Below are positions 54,418 to 63,210 of a stretch of DNA of 64,000 nt, one piece after another. The stretch's first letter is position 1. Every line of letters starts with the position of its first letter. This DNA is from Alphaproteobacteria bacterium (GTDB lineage Bacteria > Pseudomonadota > Alphaproteobacteria > UBA8366). The notes under the pieces are model-generated. The model was not told where the DNA came from, did no database searches, and was given only the letters and a program-made list of their open reading frames with translations. The stretch lies in contig JAJFJD010000005.1 of assembly GCA_021774335.1 (NCBI GenBank), positions 17,632 through 81,631 of the forward strand, read 5' to 3'. Made by a program: the position numbers and the translations under genes.

Positions 54418-55422
54418 ATGCTGATCCGCATACCGAAAGGGTGGGAACTGCCGGAATCGGCCGCGACACCCGAGAGCTTGTTTCGGGATCGCCGGCGCCT
54501 CATCAAGGCGGCCGCTGCGGGTCCGATCCTCTTGGGCATGCCGGCCCTGCTGGCGGCGTGCGACGACGGCGATCCCGCGGCGAAGGCAGCGCTGGAGGCC
54601 GGGGCCAAGATCCCCGATCCGTCCGCGAAGCTTTATCCGTTCGACCGCAATCCGAAGTTCACGCTCGACCGCCCGCTGACCGCGGAAAGACTCGCGACCA
54701 CGTATAACAATTATTACGAATTCGGCTCCTCGAAGAATATCCATGAGAAGGCGCAACGCCTGCCGATCCGGCCCTGGACGATTACGATCGCCGGCCAGGT
54801 CGAGAAGGAGTTCGAGATCGGCATGGACGACCTGCTGGCAAAGATGCCGTTGGAAGAGCGGCTCTACCGGCACCGTTGCGTCGAGGCCTGGTCGATGGCG
54901 GTGCCGTGGAGCGGTTTTGCGATGAAGGCGCTGGTCGATCTGGCCCGGCCGTTATCGTCGGCGAAATACGTGAAGATGGTGACCTTCGAGAATCCCAAGG
55001 TGGCGAGCGGACAAAGCGAGAGCTGGTACCCCTGGCCCTATGTCGAAGGGCTTAGCCTGGCCGAGGCGACGAACGACCTCGCCTTCCTGGCGACCGGGGT
55101 TTACGGCAAGACGATGCCGAAGCAGAACGGTGCGCCGTTGCGGCTGGCGGTGCCGTGGAAATATGGCTTTAAGTCGATCAAGGGGCTGGTGAGGTTCGAA
55201 TTCACGGACAAGCGCCCAGTCAGTTTTTGGGAACAGCTTCAGAACCGCGAGTATGGCTTCTGGGCCAACGTAAACCCGGAAGTGCCGCATCCCCGCTGGA
55301 GCCAGGCGACCGAACGTGTGCTCGGGGTCAACGGCCGGGTGCCGACGCTGCTTTACAACGGCTACGGCGAATTCGTCGCCGACCTGTACAAGGACATGTC
55401 GGGCGAAAAGCTGTTCTTATAG
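54418..55422 (+). CDS. msrP: Protein-methionine-sulfoxide reductase catalytic subunit MsrP (YedY, molybdopterin)
   Basis: Tat signal RDRRRLIKAAAAG. YNNYYEFGSSK, HRCVEAWSMAVPWSGF and LAVPWKYGFKSIK are MsrP hallmarks. AGGAGA SD. Confidence 0.9.
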   Translation: MLIRIPKGWELPESAATPESLFRDRRRLIKAAAAGPILLGMPALLAACDDGDPAAKAALEAGAKIPDPSAKLYPFDRNPKFTLDRPLTAERLATTYNNYYEFGSSKNIHEKAQRLPIRPWTITIAGQVEKEFEIGMDDLLAKMPLEERLYRHRCVEAWSMAVPWSGFAMKALVDLARPLSSAKYVKMVTFENPKVASGQSESWYPWPYVEGLSLAEATNDLAFLATGVYGKTMPKQNGAPLRLAVPWKYGFKSIKGLVRFEFTDKRPVSFWEQLQNREYGFWANVNPEVPHPRWSQATERVLGVNGRVPTLLYNGYGEFVADLYKDMSGEKLFL

Positions 55423-55428
55423 AGGCTA

Positions 55429-56466
55429 TTAGCGGATCTTGGTTTCGTCCGGCTTGCAGTTGATCCCGAACAGCGTGCATTCGAGCGGCTGGATGAACGG
55501 ATCGTTCTGGTCGCCAGTTTCCTGATCGGTGAGTTCTTCCGATCCTGGTCCGGTCGGATCGACCTCGCCATCCAGCGGGCCATGGTCGTCCGTATAGCCC
55601 AATCCTGATTCCTGATCGGTCAGCGCTGCCGATCCGATGCCCGTGGGATCGACTTCGCCGTCACCCGGCCCGTGATCGTCGTCGAAGCCTTCATTACCCT
55701 CTTCTTCAATTTCGGCAAACCGGTCGGAGCAGTCGGGCAGCGTGACGGCGACCGGCACGATCACCTCCGATTTTGCCGGCAATTTTGTGCCGGCGGGCAG
55801 CGGCAGGCGCGGCGCGCGCCGTATATTGTCGCCGATAGCGGCGTCGACCGGTCCGTATCCGGTGCCACGGAGGATCTTGTAGGCCGAGATCCAGCCTTCC
55901 GCGTTGACGGTTAGGCGGACAAGGGCGATGCGCTGCTCGCAGTTGGTCGTCGCCGACCATGGATAGGCGATCAGCGATTTCAGCATCTTCTGCAGATCCG
56001 GGCGTGGCGCCGGCGGCGGGTCGACAACCGCAGGCGGCCGCGGTTTTGGCTCGGGTTTCGGCTGCGGCGCGGGCTTGGGATCAGGCTTGGGTTCCGTTTT
56101 TGGCTCTGGCTTGGGCGGCGGCTTGGCCGCGACCGGCTCGGGTTTCGGCTCTGGTTTCTTCGGTGGTTCCGGTTTGGGGATCGGGATGGCGGCCGGGTCC
56201 GGGACCGGGTCGGCGGGGGCTGGCTCGATCGGAACCGGGGCGGGTGGTGTCGCCTCGACCGGTTCCGGCGGCGGCGGCGGTGGCGGCAGCAGTGGCGCGA
56301 CTTCCAGGACCGGCGGCGGCAGGAACACCATGTTGATCTGTTTTTCCCGCCGGTCAAGATCGTGGGTTTCGAAGGAGGATAGATAAAAGGCCGCCGAGGC
56401 GACCGCGATATGGGCCACGACGGACGTGAAAATTGGTAAGCGGATGGTCCAGCGGAATTTCGGCAT
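55429..56466 (-). CDS. TonB-family energy transducer-like protein with acidic C-terminal repeat extension
   Basis: N-terminal TM anchor, a long Pro/Lys/Glu-rich spacer (PEPKPEP...), and a TonB-C-like module (RLTVNAEGWISAYKILRGTGYGPVDAAIGDNI). This is followed by two roughly 30-aa acidic repeats, DDHGPxDGEVDPTGxGSxxLTDQExG. Confidence 0.65.
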   Translation of the reverse strand: MPKFRWTIRLPIFTSVVAHIAVASAAFYLSSFETHDLDRREKQINMVFLPPPVLEVAPLLPPPPPPPEPVEATPPAPVPIEPAPADPVPDPAAIPIPKPEPPKKPEPKPEPVAAKPPPKPEPKTEPKPDPKPAPQPKPEPKPRPPAVVDPPPAPRPDLQKMLKSLIAYPWSATTNCEQRIALVRLTVNAEGWISAYKILRGTGYGPVDAAIGDNIRRAPRLPLPAGTKLPAKSEVIVPVAVTLPDCSDRFAEIEEEGNEGFDDDHGPGDGEVDPTGIGSAALTDQESGLGYTDDHGPLDGEVDPTGPGSEELTDQETGDQNDPFIQPLECTLFGINCKPDETKIR

Positions 56467-56662
56467 CCGTCCGATGCTCTGGTTCAGGTGTGGCCCCGGG
56501 GCGTGACGCGAATCTCGCCAGGGGTAGGTGCCCTGGGATACTGCTCAGAATCGCAGGCAGACACCATACCCACTATGTAGAAGTGGCATTTGCGGGCCCT
56601 TTTGCTGAAAGCTGAGAATCGCCGAATTTCAGTAGGTTAAACGCCATTAAGGCCTTGTTAAG

Positions 56663-57043
56663 GTGGTCGGCGGACTCTGGTGCGTGTGGGCCGGTCTCGG
56701 GCCGCCCGCCCGATCCAAGAGGAGCACCTTGATCGTGGATACGGCCACAATCGGCATGATCGCCACCTGGGCCTTGCCTGTACTCGCATGCTTGGTCGCG
56801 TTCGTCATAACCATTAATTCGATTCGGCGCATTCGGTCGGACCGGCAACGGCGGCTCGTCGCCCGTGCCATTCTGGGCACCTGGGCGGTGGTAGCGCTGT
56901 TGCTTCCTATCGTGTTGTTGGGTGCGCTTGGCGTGTTGCCCCGCTGGACCTATGGCAGCGCATCTGGCCTCATGCTGATCGCTTCGGCGGTCGGCGGCTG
57001 GATCGTCATGCGGCGGTCTACCCATACGCCGGGTTGGCGATAG
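56663..57043 (+). CDS. Hypothetical membrane protein
   Basis: 126-aa ORF with 3-4 hydrophobic helices. No motif recognised, and the start is uncertain. Confidence 0.4.
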   Translation: MVGGLWCVWAGLGPPARSKRSTLIVDTATIGMIATWALPVLACLVAFVITINSIRRIRSDRQRRLVARAILGTWAVVALLLPIVLLGALGVLPRWTYGSASGLMLIASAVGGWIVMRRSTHTPGWR

Positions 57044-57044
57044 G

Positions 57045-58592
57045 TCATCGCTTCCGGTTCGGCACCCGGACGAAAAACACCAACGGCAGAATGGCGATGC
57101 TGAGCACCGTATAGGCGGTGAAGGCGTTGATATAGCCGATCATGAAAGCCTGCCGGCCGACCTCGCCGCTTAAGGTCGCCAATCCGCGCAAACTCTCCGA
57201 ACTCCATAGCCCGAGCGCCGAGGACTCCTGCAGCGCATCGTTGAAGGGCGTTACGAATTCCGTCATGCGGGCGTAGTTTTCCTGCCCGGTGTGCAACACG
57301 ATCACCACGCTGATCGAGACGAAGGCGCTTGCCGCGATGTAGCGCAGCAGATGAAACACCGCGGTCGCCTCGTTCAAATGCTCCCGGGGCAGCGTGGAAA
57401 AGGAGGCGACGACCAGCGGCACCCAGATCAACCCGACGGCGAATCCCTGCATGACGCTGGTCAGCGCCACGTCAAAGGCGGTCAGGTTGACGTCGAACGC
57501 CATCATCCACCAGCCGGACACCGCCTGTATGAGAAAACCGGCGGTCATCCCGATACGCGGATCGAGCTTGCCGACCCAGATCGAGGCGAAGAAACCCAAC
57601 ATCCCGCCGAACCCGCGCGTCCCGATCAGGAAACCGATGGCGTCGTCGGGATAGCCGGCAAGGTTCTGCAACAGCGGCGGCAGCAGTGCCATCGGGGTGA
57701 AATTCATCATGCCGAAGATCAGTACGACCATAAGACCGATCGCGTAGTTCCGGTCGAGCAGCAGGCGCGGGTTGAGGAACGGCCGGCGGCTGGTCAGGCT
57801 GTGAACGATGAAGACGTAGAAGGCCGCCGCGGCCAGGCCCGCCTGGATTACGATCTCGACGGAGTTGAACCAGTCTTCCTGTTCGCCGCGGTCGAGCACG
57901 AGCTGGAAACACAGGATGGCGATCGCCAGCGTGATGAACCCGGTCCAGTCGAGCGTGAGCTTCGCCTCGCGGCGGTCGTCGCGGATGAAGACGATCGCAC
58001 CAATCACCGCCAGTATCCCGGCGATTCCCACCGCGATGAAGGCCCAGCGCCAGGTATAGGCGTCCGCGATATAACCGCCGAGGATTGGTCCGAGCATCGG
58101 CCCGATGACCACGCCGACGCCGTAGATCGAATTGACCGTGCCGTGTTGTTCGCGCGGGAAGGTGTCCAGCACGATGGCGTTCGACAGCGGGTTGAGCGGC
58201 GCGCCGAACACGCCCTGCAACACACGGTACAGCACCAGCACTTCGAGGCTGTTGGCGGTACCGCAGAGGATCGTGGAGGCGACGAACCCGATCGTGCTGT
58301 AGATCATCACGTTGCGCCGGCCGAACCGGTTGGCCAGCCACCCGGTCATCGGCGTCACCACGGCAATCGCGATGATGTTGAAGGTAATGACCCAGGCGAC
58401 CTGATCCTGAGTCGCCGACAGTGAACCCTGCAACTGCGGCATGATCACGCTGACGATCATCAGGGTCATGCTGACGAGCATCGTCGCCAAAGTCGCCGTC
58501 GCCAGGATCATGGCGCGCTGAAACGCGCCGGGGCTGGCCGGGGTCGCGGGGCCGCCGTCGCTTTCGGTCTCGGCGGTTGATACGGCGCTCAT
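57045..58592 (-). CDS. MFS transporter, DHA2/EmrB-like (14-TMS)
   Basis: 515 aa. LATMLVSMTLMIVSVIMPQLQGSL, motif A-like GWLANRFGRRNVM, and many TM helices. Confidence 0.9.
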   Translation of the reverse strand: MSAVSTAETESDGGPATPASPGAFQRAMILATATLATMLVSMTLMIVSVIMPQLQGSLSATQDQVAWVITFNIIAIAVVTPMTGWLANRFGRRNVMIYSTIGFVASTILCGTANSLEVLVLYRVLQGVFGAPLNPLSNAIVLDTFPREQHGTVNSIYGVGVVIGPMLGPILGGYIADAYTWRWAFIAVGIAGILAVIGAIVFIRDDRREAKLTLDWTGFITLAIAILCFQLVLDRGEQEDWFNSVEIVIQAGLAAAAFYVFIVHSLTSRRPFLNPRLLLDRNYAIGLMVVLIFGMMNFTPMALLPPLLQNLAGYPDDAIGFLIGTRGFGGMLGFFASIWVGKLDPRIGMTAGFLIQAVSGWWMMAFDVNLTAFDVALTSVMQGFAVGLIWVPLVVASFSTLPREHLNEATAVFHLLRYIAASAFVSISVVIVLHTGQENYARMTEFVTPFNDALQESSALGLWSSESLRGLATLSGEVGRQAFMIGYINAFTAYTVLSIAILPLVFFVRVPNRKR

Positions 58593-58684
58593 TTGAGGAG
58601 ACGTCTGCCGTTATGGGACTCGTCGCCTCGACCCTACCGCGTGGCGCTGCGTCGTGCCAAACCAAGGCGGATATGAAACAGGGA

Positions 58685-58718
58685 GGCCGCCGCCCCATGG
58701 GTGGAGGGGGCGGCGGCC
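58685..58718 (-). terminator. GC-rich hairpin between the catalase and MFS genes (possible terminator/attenuator)
   Basis: Perfect 12-bp arms ggccgccgcccc / ggggcggcggcc with a 10-nt loop, 38 nt downstream of the catalase stop. The downstream U-tract on the minus strand (CUCCCUGUUUCAU) is only moderate. Confidence 0.45.
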
Positions 58719-58755
58719 AGGGAAACCGGAGAAGGGGAGAGACTCCGGTTGTCGG

Positions 58756-60219
58756 TTAGGCGGCGATCGCTTCGGCGATCCCGACGCCGAGCGCTTTGGC
58801 GACTCCTTCGCCATAGGCCGGGTCGGCCTTGTGACAGTGCCGGATATGCCGCAGCTGGATCTCCTTGTCCGCGCCGCCAACCGATCGGGCGGTGTTCTCG
58901 AACAACCGTTGCTGCTGGTCCGGGGTCAGGGCGCGAAACAGGTTACCGGCCTGCGAGAAGTAATCGTCGTCGTCCTGGCGGAAGTCCCAGTGGTCGGCGT
59001 CGCCGGTGATCGCCAGCGGCGGCTCCCGGAAGTCGGGCTGCTCCTGCAGCGCGCCGTGGCTGTTCGGCTCGTAGCCGACCTCGCTGCCCTTGTTGTCGTC
59101 GACCCGCATCTGGCCGTCGCGATGGAAGGCGTGGTACGGGCATTTCGGCGCGTTTACCGGCACTTGATAATGGTTCACGCCGAGCCGGTAGCGTTGCGCG
59201 TCGCCGTAGGAGAAGAGCCGCGCCTGCAGCATTTTGTCGGGCGAGAAGCCGATACCGGGCACCACGTTGGCCGGGCTGAATGCAGCCTGTTCCACATCGC
59301 TGAAATAGTTTTCCGAGTTGCGGTTCAGCTCGAGATTCCCGACCTCGATCAGCGGATAGTCCGCATGCGGCCAGACCTTCGTCAGGTCGAACGGGTGGAT
59401 GCGGTAACTGTCGGCGTCCTTCTCCGGCATGATCTGCACGCAGACCCGCCATTTCGGGAAGTTGCCCTCTTCGATGTTGTCGAACAGGTCGCGCTGGAAA
59501 CTCTCGCGATCCTTGCCGACGACCTCTTCCGCCTCCGCATCGGTCAGGTAGGCGTGGCCTTGCATCGACTTGAAATGGAATTTCACCCAGACGCGCTCGT
59601 TGTCGTCGTTGATCAGGCTGAAGGTATGGCTGCCGTAGCCATTCATCTGGCGGTAATTCTTCGGCAGGCCCCGGTCGCTCATCGTGATCGTGATCTGATG
59701 CAGCGCTTCCGGCAGCAGGGTCCAGAAGTCCCAGTTGTTGTTGGCGCTGCGCATGTTGGTCTTGGGGTCGCGCTTCACCGCATGGTTCAGATCCGGGAAC
59801 TTCAACGGATCCCGCAGGAAGAAGACCGGCGTGTTATTGCCGACCATGTCCCAGTTGCCTTCCTCGGTATAGAATTTGACGGCGAAGCCGCGGATATCGC
59901 GCTCGGCGTCGGCCGCGCCGCGCTCACCGGCGACGGAGGAGAAGCGGGCGAAAACGTCGGTCTTCTTGCCCACCTCGGACAGGAACTTGGCGCGCGTGTA
60001 TTGGGTAATGTCGTTGGTCACCGTGAAGGTGCCGAATGCGCCCGACCCTTTCGCATGCATCCGCCGCTCGGGAATCACCTCGCGGTCGAAATGCGCCAGC
60101 TTTTCCAGAAGCCACACATCCTGCATCAGCAGGGGGCCGCGGGGGCCGGCAGTCATTGAATTCTGGTTGTCGACGACCGGCGCGCCGGCGGCCGTGGTGA
60201 GTCGTGATTTCGGTGCCAT
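58756..60219 (-). CDS. katA: Monofunctional heme catalase (small-subunit clade)
   Basis: [49 protein letters not shown] and the proximal-Tyr region [14 protein letters not shown]. Start moved to M19. Confidence 0.95.
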   Translation of the reverse strand: MAPKSRLTTAAGAPVVDNQNSMTAGPRGPLLMQDVWLLEKLAHFDREVIPERRMHAKGSGAFGTFTVTNDITQYTRAKFLSEVGKKTDVFARFSSVAGERGAADAERDIRGFAVKFYTEEGNWDMVGNNTPVFFLRDPLKFPDLNHAVKRDPKTNMRSANNNWDFWTLLPEALHQITITMSDRGLPKNYRQMNGYGSHTFSLINDDNERVWVKFHFKSMQGHAYLTDAEAEEVVGKDRESFQRDLFDNIEEGNFPKWRVCVQIMPEKDADSYRIHPFDLTKVWPHADYPLIEVGNLELNRNSENYFSDVEQAAFSPANVVPGIGFSPDKMLQARLFSYGDAQRYRLGVNHYQVPVNAPKCPYHAFHRDGQMRVDDNKGSEVGYEPNSHGALQEQPDFREPPLAITGDADHWDFRQDDDDYFSQAGNLFRALTPDQQQRLFENTARSVGGADKEIQLRHIRHCHKADPAYGEGVAKALGVGIAEAIAA

Positions 60220-60304
60220 GAGCTGTCTCCATCGAGTTGGTTGGTCGCTGTGCCGGCACGGTGCGGCCGACATCGATGGACTAGGAATACGGCACCGGTG
60301 TGAT

Positions 60305-60350
60305 AATGTATAATTACATTAAATATCATTTTCGATTAGAAAAACTTATC
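60305..60350. promoter_or_regulatory. AT-rich katA-oxyR divergent control region with dyad aatgta-taat-tacatt
   Basis: Dyad at 60305-60320, followed by gattagaaaaacttatc, a degenerate version of ATAG-N7-CTAT. This is the only strongly AT-rich stretch between the two divergent starts. Confidence 0.45.
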
Positions 60351-60351
60351 A

Positions 60352-61257
60352 ATGATCAGTCTTCGTCAACTCCGATATCTGACGGCGCTTGCGGAAGCCG
60401 GGAATTTCCGGCGTGCGGCGGCGGCATGCCACGTAACGCAACCGGCTTTGAGCACGCAGGTTCAGCTGATTGAGGAAGGACTCGGCGTATCGTTGGTCGA
60501 ACGCGGCCGGCGCGGCGCGGTGATGACGGCCGCCGGCGAGGAAGTGGTGCGGCGCGGGCGCGCCATTCTCGAGGATGTCGCGGCAATCGAAGACTATGCC
60601 CGCGGCATGCGCGACCCGTTCACCGGTCCGTTGCGACTGGGCGTCATTCCGACGATCGGCCCCTATCTCCTGCCGGACCTGATGCCCGATCTAAACCGCC
60701 GCTATCCTGCGCTGCAGCTCTTTATGCGCGAAGAACAGACCGAGCGGTTGCTGGACAGTTTGCGTGAAGGCCGGCTTGATCTTGCCCTGCTGGCGCTGCC
60801 GGTGCCGGGCGACGACCTGGAGAGCGCCGTGTTGTTCGAGGATCGCTTTCTTGTCGCAGCACCACCGGGCCATCCCTTCGCAAAGATGGATACCGTCGCA
60901 TTGGGCGCCCTGGCCGATGAATCGCTGCTGTTGTTGGAAGACGGCCATTGTCTGCGGGATCAGGCGCTCGCGGTGTGCGCGCTCGATGGCCCGGTCAATG
61001 AAGGTGATTTCCGTGCGACTAGTCTCGCCACGCTGGTACAGATGGTGGCGAGCGGTCTCGGCGTAACGTTGTTGCCCGAGATGGCGCGGCGGCGTGAGGC
61101 CGGCACCGACGGCCGGTTGATCACCCGCTCGCTCGCACCGCCGGAACCGGGTCGGCAGATCGGTTTACTATGGCGCCGCACGTCGGGCCGGAAAGCGGAA
61201 TTTCGTGAACTGGCGGCGGTGATCTCCGAGGTCCATGCGGCCGGGACCACTCTCTGA
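60352..61257 (+). CDS. oxyR: Hydrogen-peroxide-sensing LysR-family regulator OxyR
   Basis: Divergent from the catalase gene. HTH LRQLRYLTALAEAGNFRRAAAACHVTQPALSTQV. Both redox cysteines are present in LLLLEDGHCLRDQALAVC. Confidence 0.9.
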   Translation: MISLRQLRYLTALAEAGNFRRAAAACHVTQPALSTQVQLIEEGLGVSLVERGRRGAVMTAAGEEVVRRGRAILEDVAAIEDYARGMRDPFTGPLRLGVIPTIGPYLLPDLMPDLNRRYPALQLFMREEQTERLLDSLREGRLDLALLALPVPGDDLESAVLFEDRFLVAAPPGHPFAKMDTVALGALADESLLLLEDGHCLRDQALAVCALDGPVNEGDFRATSLATLVQMVASGLGVTLLPEMARRREAGTDGRLITRSLAPPEPGRQIGLLWRRTSGRKAEFRELAAVISEVHAAGTTL

Positions 61258-61408
61258 CCAGCGTTTCGCGGCGCAATTCCGGAACGGGCCCGGCCGGGTG
61301 CGCGACCCGCGACCATACCGGGCCGCGAAGGCTCTGCCGTTTCATCGTCGGCTGCCCCGAGCGGCAGAAAACCGCCCGACTCGCGCCGCCTGACTCATGC
61401 CGCCCAAC

Positions 61409-62101
61409 TCACACTGCGGATAGTTTGGCCGCCGCGCGCTGCACGATTTCCAACCGTTCCTGCTGCCGGGCCGCGCCGCGCTGCCGCACGTCTTCGACCA
61501 GTGCCGGGTCGGCGGTACGCGGCGATCCCGATTGGAACGGCGGCTCCGGGTCATACTCGATGGCCAATTGTGTTTCCTCGGCCACGGCGCGGCCGCGCAG
61601 CGACTCGACGATCGACAAAGCGAAATCAATCCCCGCCGTCACGCCGCCGCCGGTGATCGTATTGCCGTCCCGCACGATGCGGGCATCGACCGCCTCGGCC
61701 CCGAAATGAGGTAACAGATCGCGCGACATCCAATGGCAGGTGGCGCGCTTGCCGGTCAGCAGGCCGGCCGCGCCCAGCACCAGCGAGCCGGTGCAAACCG
61801 ATGTAACGTAATCGGCGTTCTCGGCGCACTGTCGCAGGAAGGCCAGTGTCTCGTCGTCCTCCATCAACTCTGCAACGCCCGGCCCGCCCGGCACGCAGAT
61901 GATGTCGAGCGGCGGCGCGTCCGCGAAGGTCGCCGTCGGCGTGATGCTCATCCCGCTATCCGATGTCACCGGATCGAGCGACTTCCAGATCAGATGCACG
62001 GTGACGCCGGGTGTCCGGGAAAACACTTCGAACGGACCCGTCAGGTCGAGCTGGGTCAGGCGCGGAAACAGGAGAAGTCCAACGGAAATCGGATCGGTCA
62101 T
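61409..62101 (-). CDS. DJ-1/PfpI-family protein
   Basis: VGLLLFPRLTQLDLTGPFEVF, nucleophile elbow VTSVCTGSLVLGAAGLL, and GKRATCHW. Confidence 0.85.
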   Translation of the reverse strand: MTDPISVGLLLFPRLTQLDLTGPFEVFSRTPGVTVHLIWKSLDPVTSDSGMSITPTATFADAPPLDIICVPGGPGVAELMEDDETLAFLRQCAENADYVTSVCTGSLVLGAAGLLTGKRATCHWMSRDLLPHFGAEAVDARIVRDGNTITGGGVTAGIDFALSIVESLRGRAVAEETQLAIEYDPEPPFQSGSPRTADPALVEDVRQRGAARQQERLEIVQRAAAKLSAV

Positions 62102-62211
62102 GGCGGCGATACCTCATAGCGATTGATTGACCGCAGGGTAGCGGAAAACATGTGTGGCAGAAATGACAAATATTCCTCGATTACTGCCAATTCACGTTCT
62201 AAGGTGATTGG

Positions 62212-63204
62212 ATGAATGATTCAGCACCCACTAGAGACATCGCCATCCTCGGCTTTCCGGACGCGCAATTGCTCGACATCGCGGGTCCGGCCCAGGTCTT
62301 CGCTTCCGCGTCGGAACTCGTTGAGCATCGGGAGACGCCGGCGTATCGCGTGACGGTTGTGTCCCGTGGTGGCGGCGAAATCGTCACTTCTGCGGGCCTC
62401 GGCCTGTCCACGATCTCGTTCGATGATGCGGCCGGGCGATCCTTCGACACGGTGATCGCATCCGGCGGGCATGGCGTACACGTGGCGGCCGAGGACATGG
62501 CGATGGTCGACTGGCTGCGCGCGCAGGCCACGGTGTCGCGGCGCTGTTGCTCGGTCTGTACCGGTGCTTTCCTGCTCGCGGCGGCGGGTGTTTTGGCGGG
62601 CAAGCGTGCAGCCACCCATTGGGGCTATTGCGATACGCTGGCGGCGCAGTATCCGGACATTCGGGTCGAAGGCAATCCGATCTTTGTCGAGGATGGCGGC
62701 GTCTGGACGTCGGCAGGCGTAACCGCGGGAATCGATCTCTCGCTGGCCCTTGTCGAAGCCGACCTGGGTCGCCGCTTGGCGTTGCAGACCGCGCAACGGC
62801 TGGTCGTGTTCATGAAGCGGCCCGGCGGTCAGGCGCAGTTCAGTTCGATCCTGGCCGCCCAACTTTCCGATAACGGTGATTTCGCGGAACTTCATGCCTG
62901 GATGGCGGACAATTTGTCGGAGGACCTGCGGGTCGAACATCTCGCGGAGCGGGCGGGCATGAGCCCCCGGACCTTTGCCCGTGTCTATCGGGACCGTACG
63001 GGGATGACGCCGGCCAAGGTGGTCACTGCGCTGCGGGTCGAGGCAGCACGCCGGCTGTTGGAAGAAACCGCACTGCCGGTCGGACAGGTCGCGCTACGCT
63101 GCGGCTTCGGCGAAGAAGAACGCATGCGCCGCGCCTTCTTGCACCGTCTGGGCGTGGCGCCGGGCCGCTACCGCCAGCGCTTCTCGCTCGAAGCGGCGGA
63201 GTGA
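62212..63204 (+). CDS. GlxA-family regulator (DJ-1/PfpI-like N-domain fused to an AraC-type HTH)
   Basis: N-domain ILGFPDAQLLDIAGPAQVF...CSVCTGAFLLAAAGVLAGKRATHW. C-terminal AraC HTH LAERAGMSPRTFARVYRDRTGMTPAK...ALRCGFGEEERMRRAF. Confidence 0.9.
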   Translation: MNDSAPTRDIAILGFPDAQLLDIAGPAQVFASASELVEHRETPAYRVTVVSRGGGEIVTSAGLGLSTISFDDAAGRSFDTVIASGGHGVHVAAEDMAMVDWLRAQATVSRRCCSVCTGAFLLAAAGVLAGKRAATHWGYCDTLAAQYPDIRVEGNPIFVEDGGVWTSAGVTAGIDLSLALVEADLGRRLALQTAQRLVVFMKRPGGQAQFSSILAAQLSDNGDFAELHAWMADNLSEDLRVEHLAERAGMSPRTFARVYRDRTGMTPAKVVTALRVEAARRLLEETALPVGQVALRCGFGEEERMRRAFLHRLGVAPGRYRQRFSLEAAE

Positions 63205-63210
63205 CCCGCC

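Noticed and set aside
55980-56330. Nucleotide-level periodic repeats (ggctc/ggttt/cggc units), considered as a tandem repeat or minisatellite.
   Set aside because: This is the coding sequence of the Pro/Lys/Glu-rich spacer of the TonB-like protein. The periodicity reflects PEPKP-type codons and not an independent repeat element.
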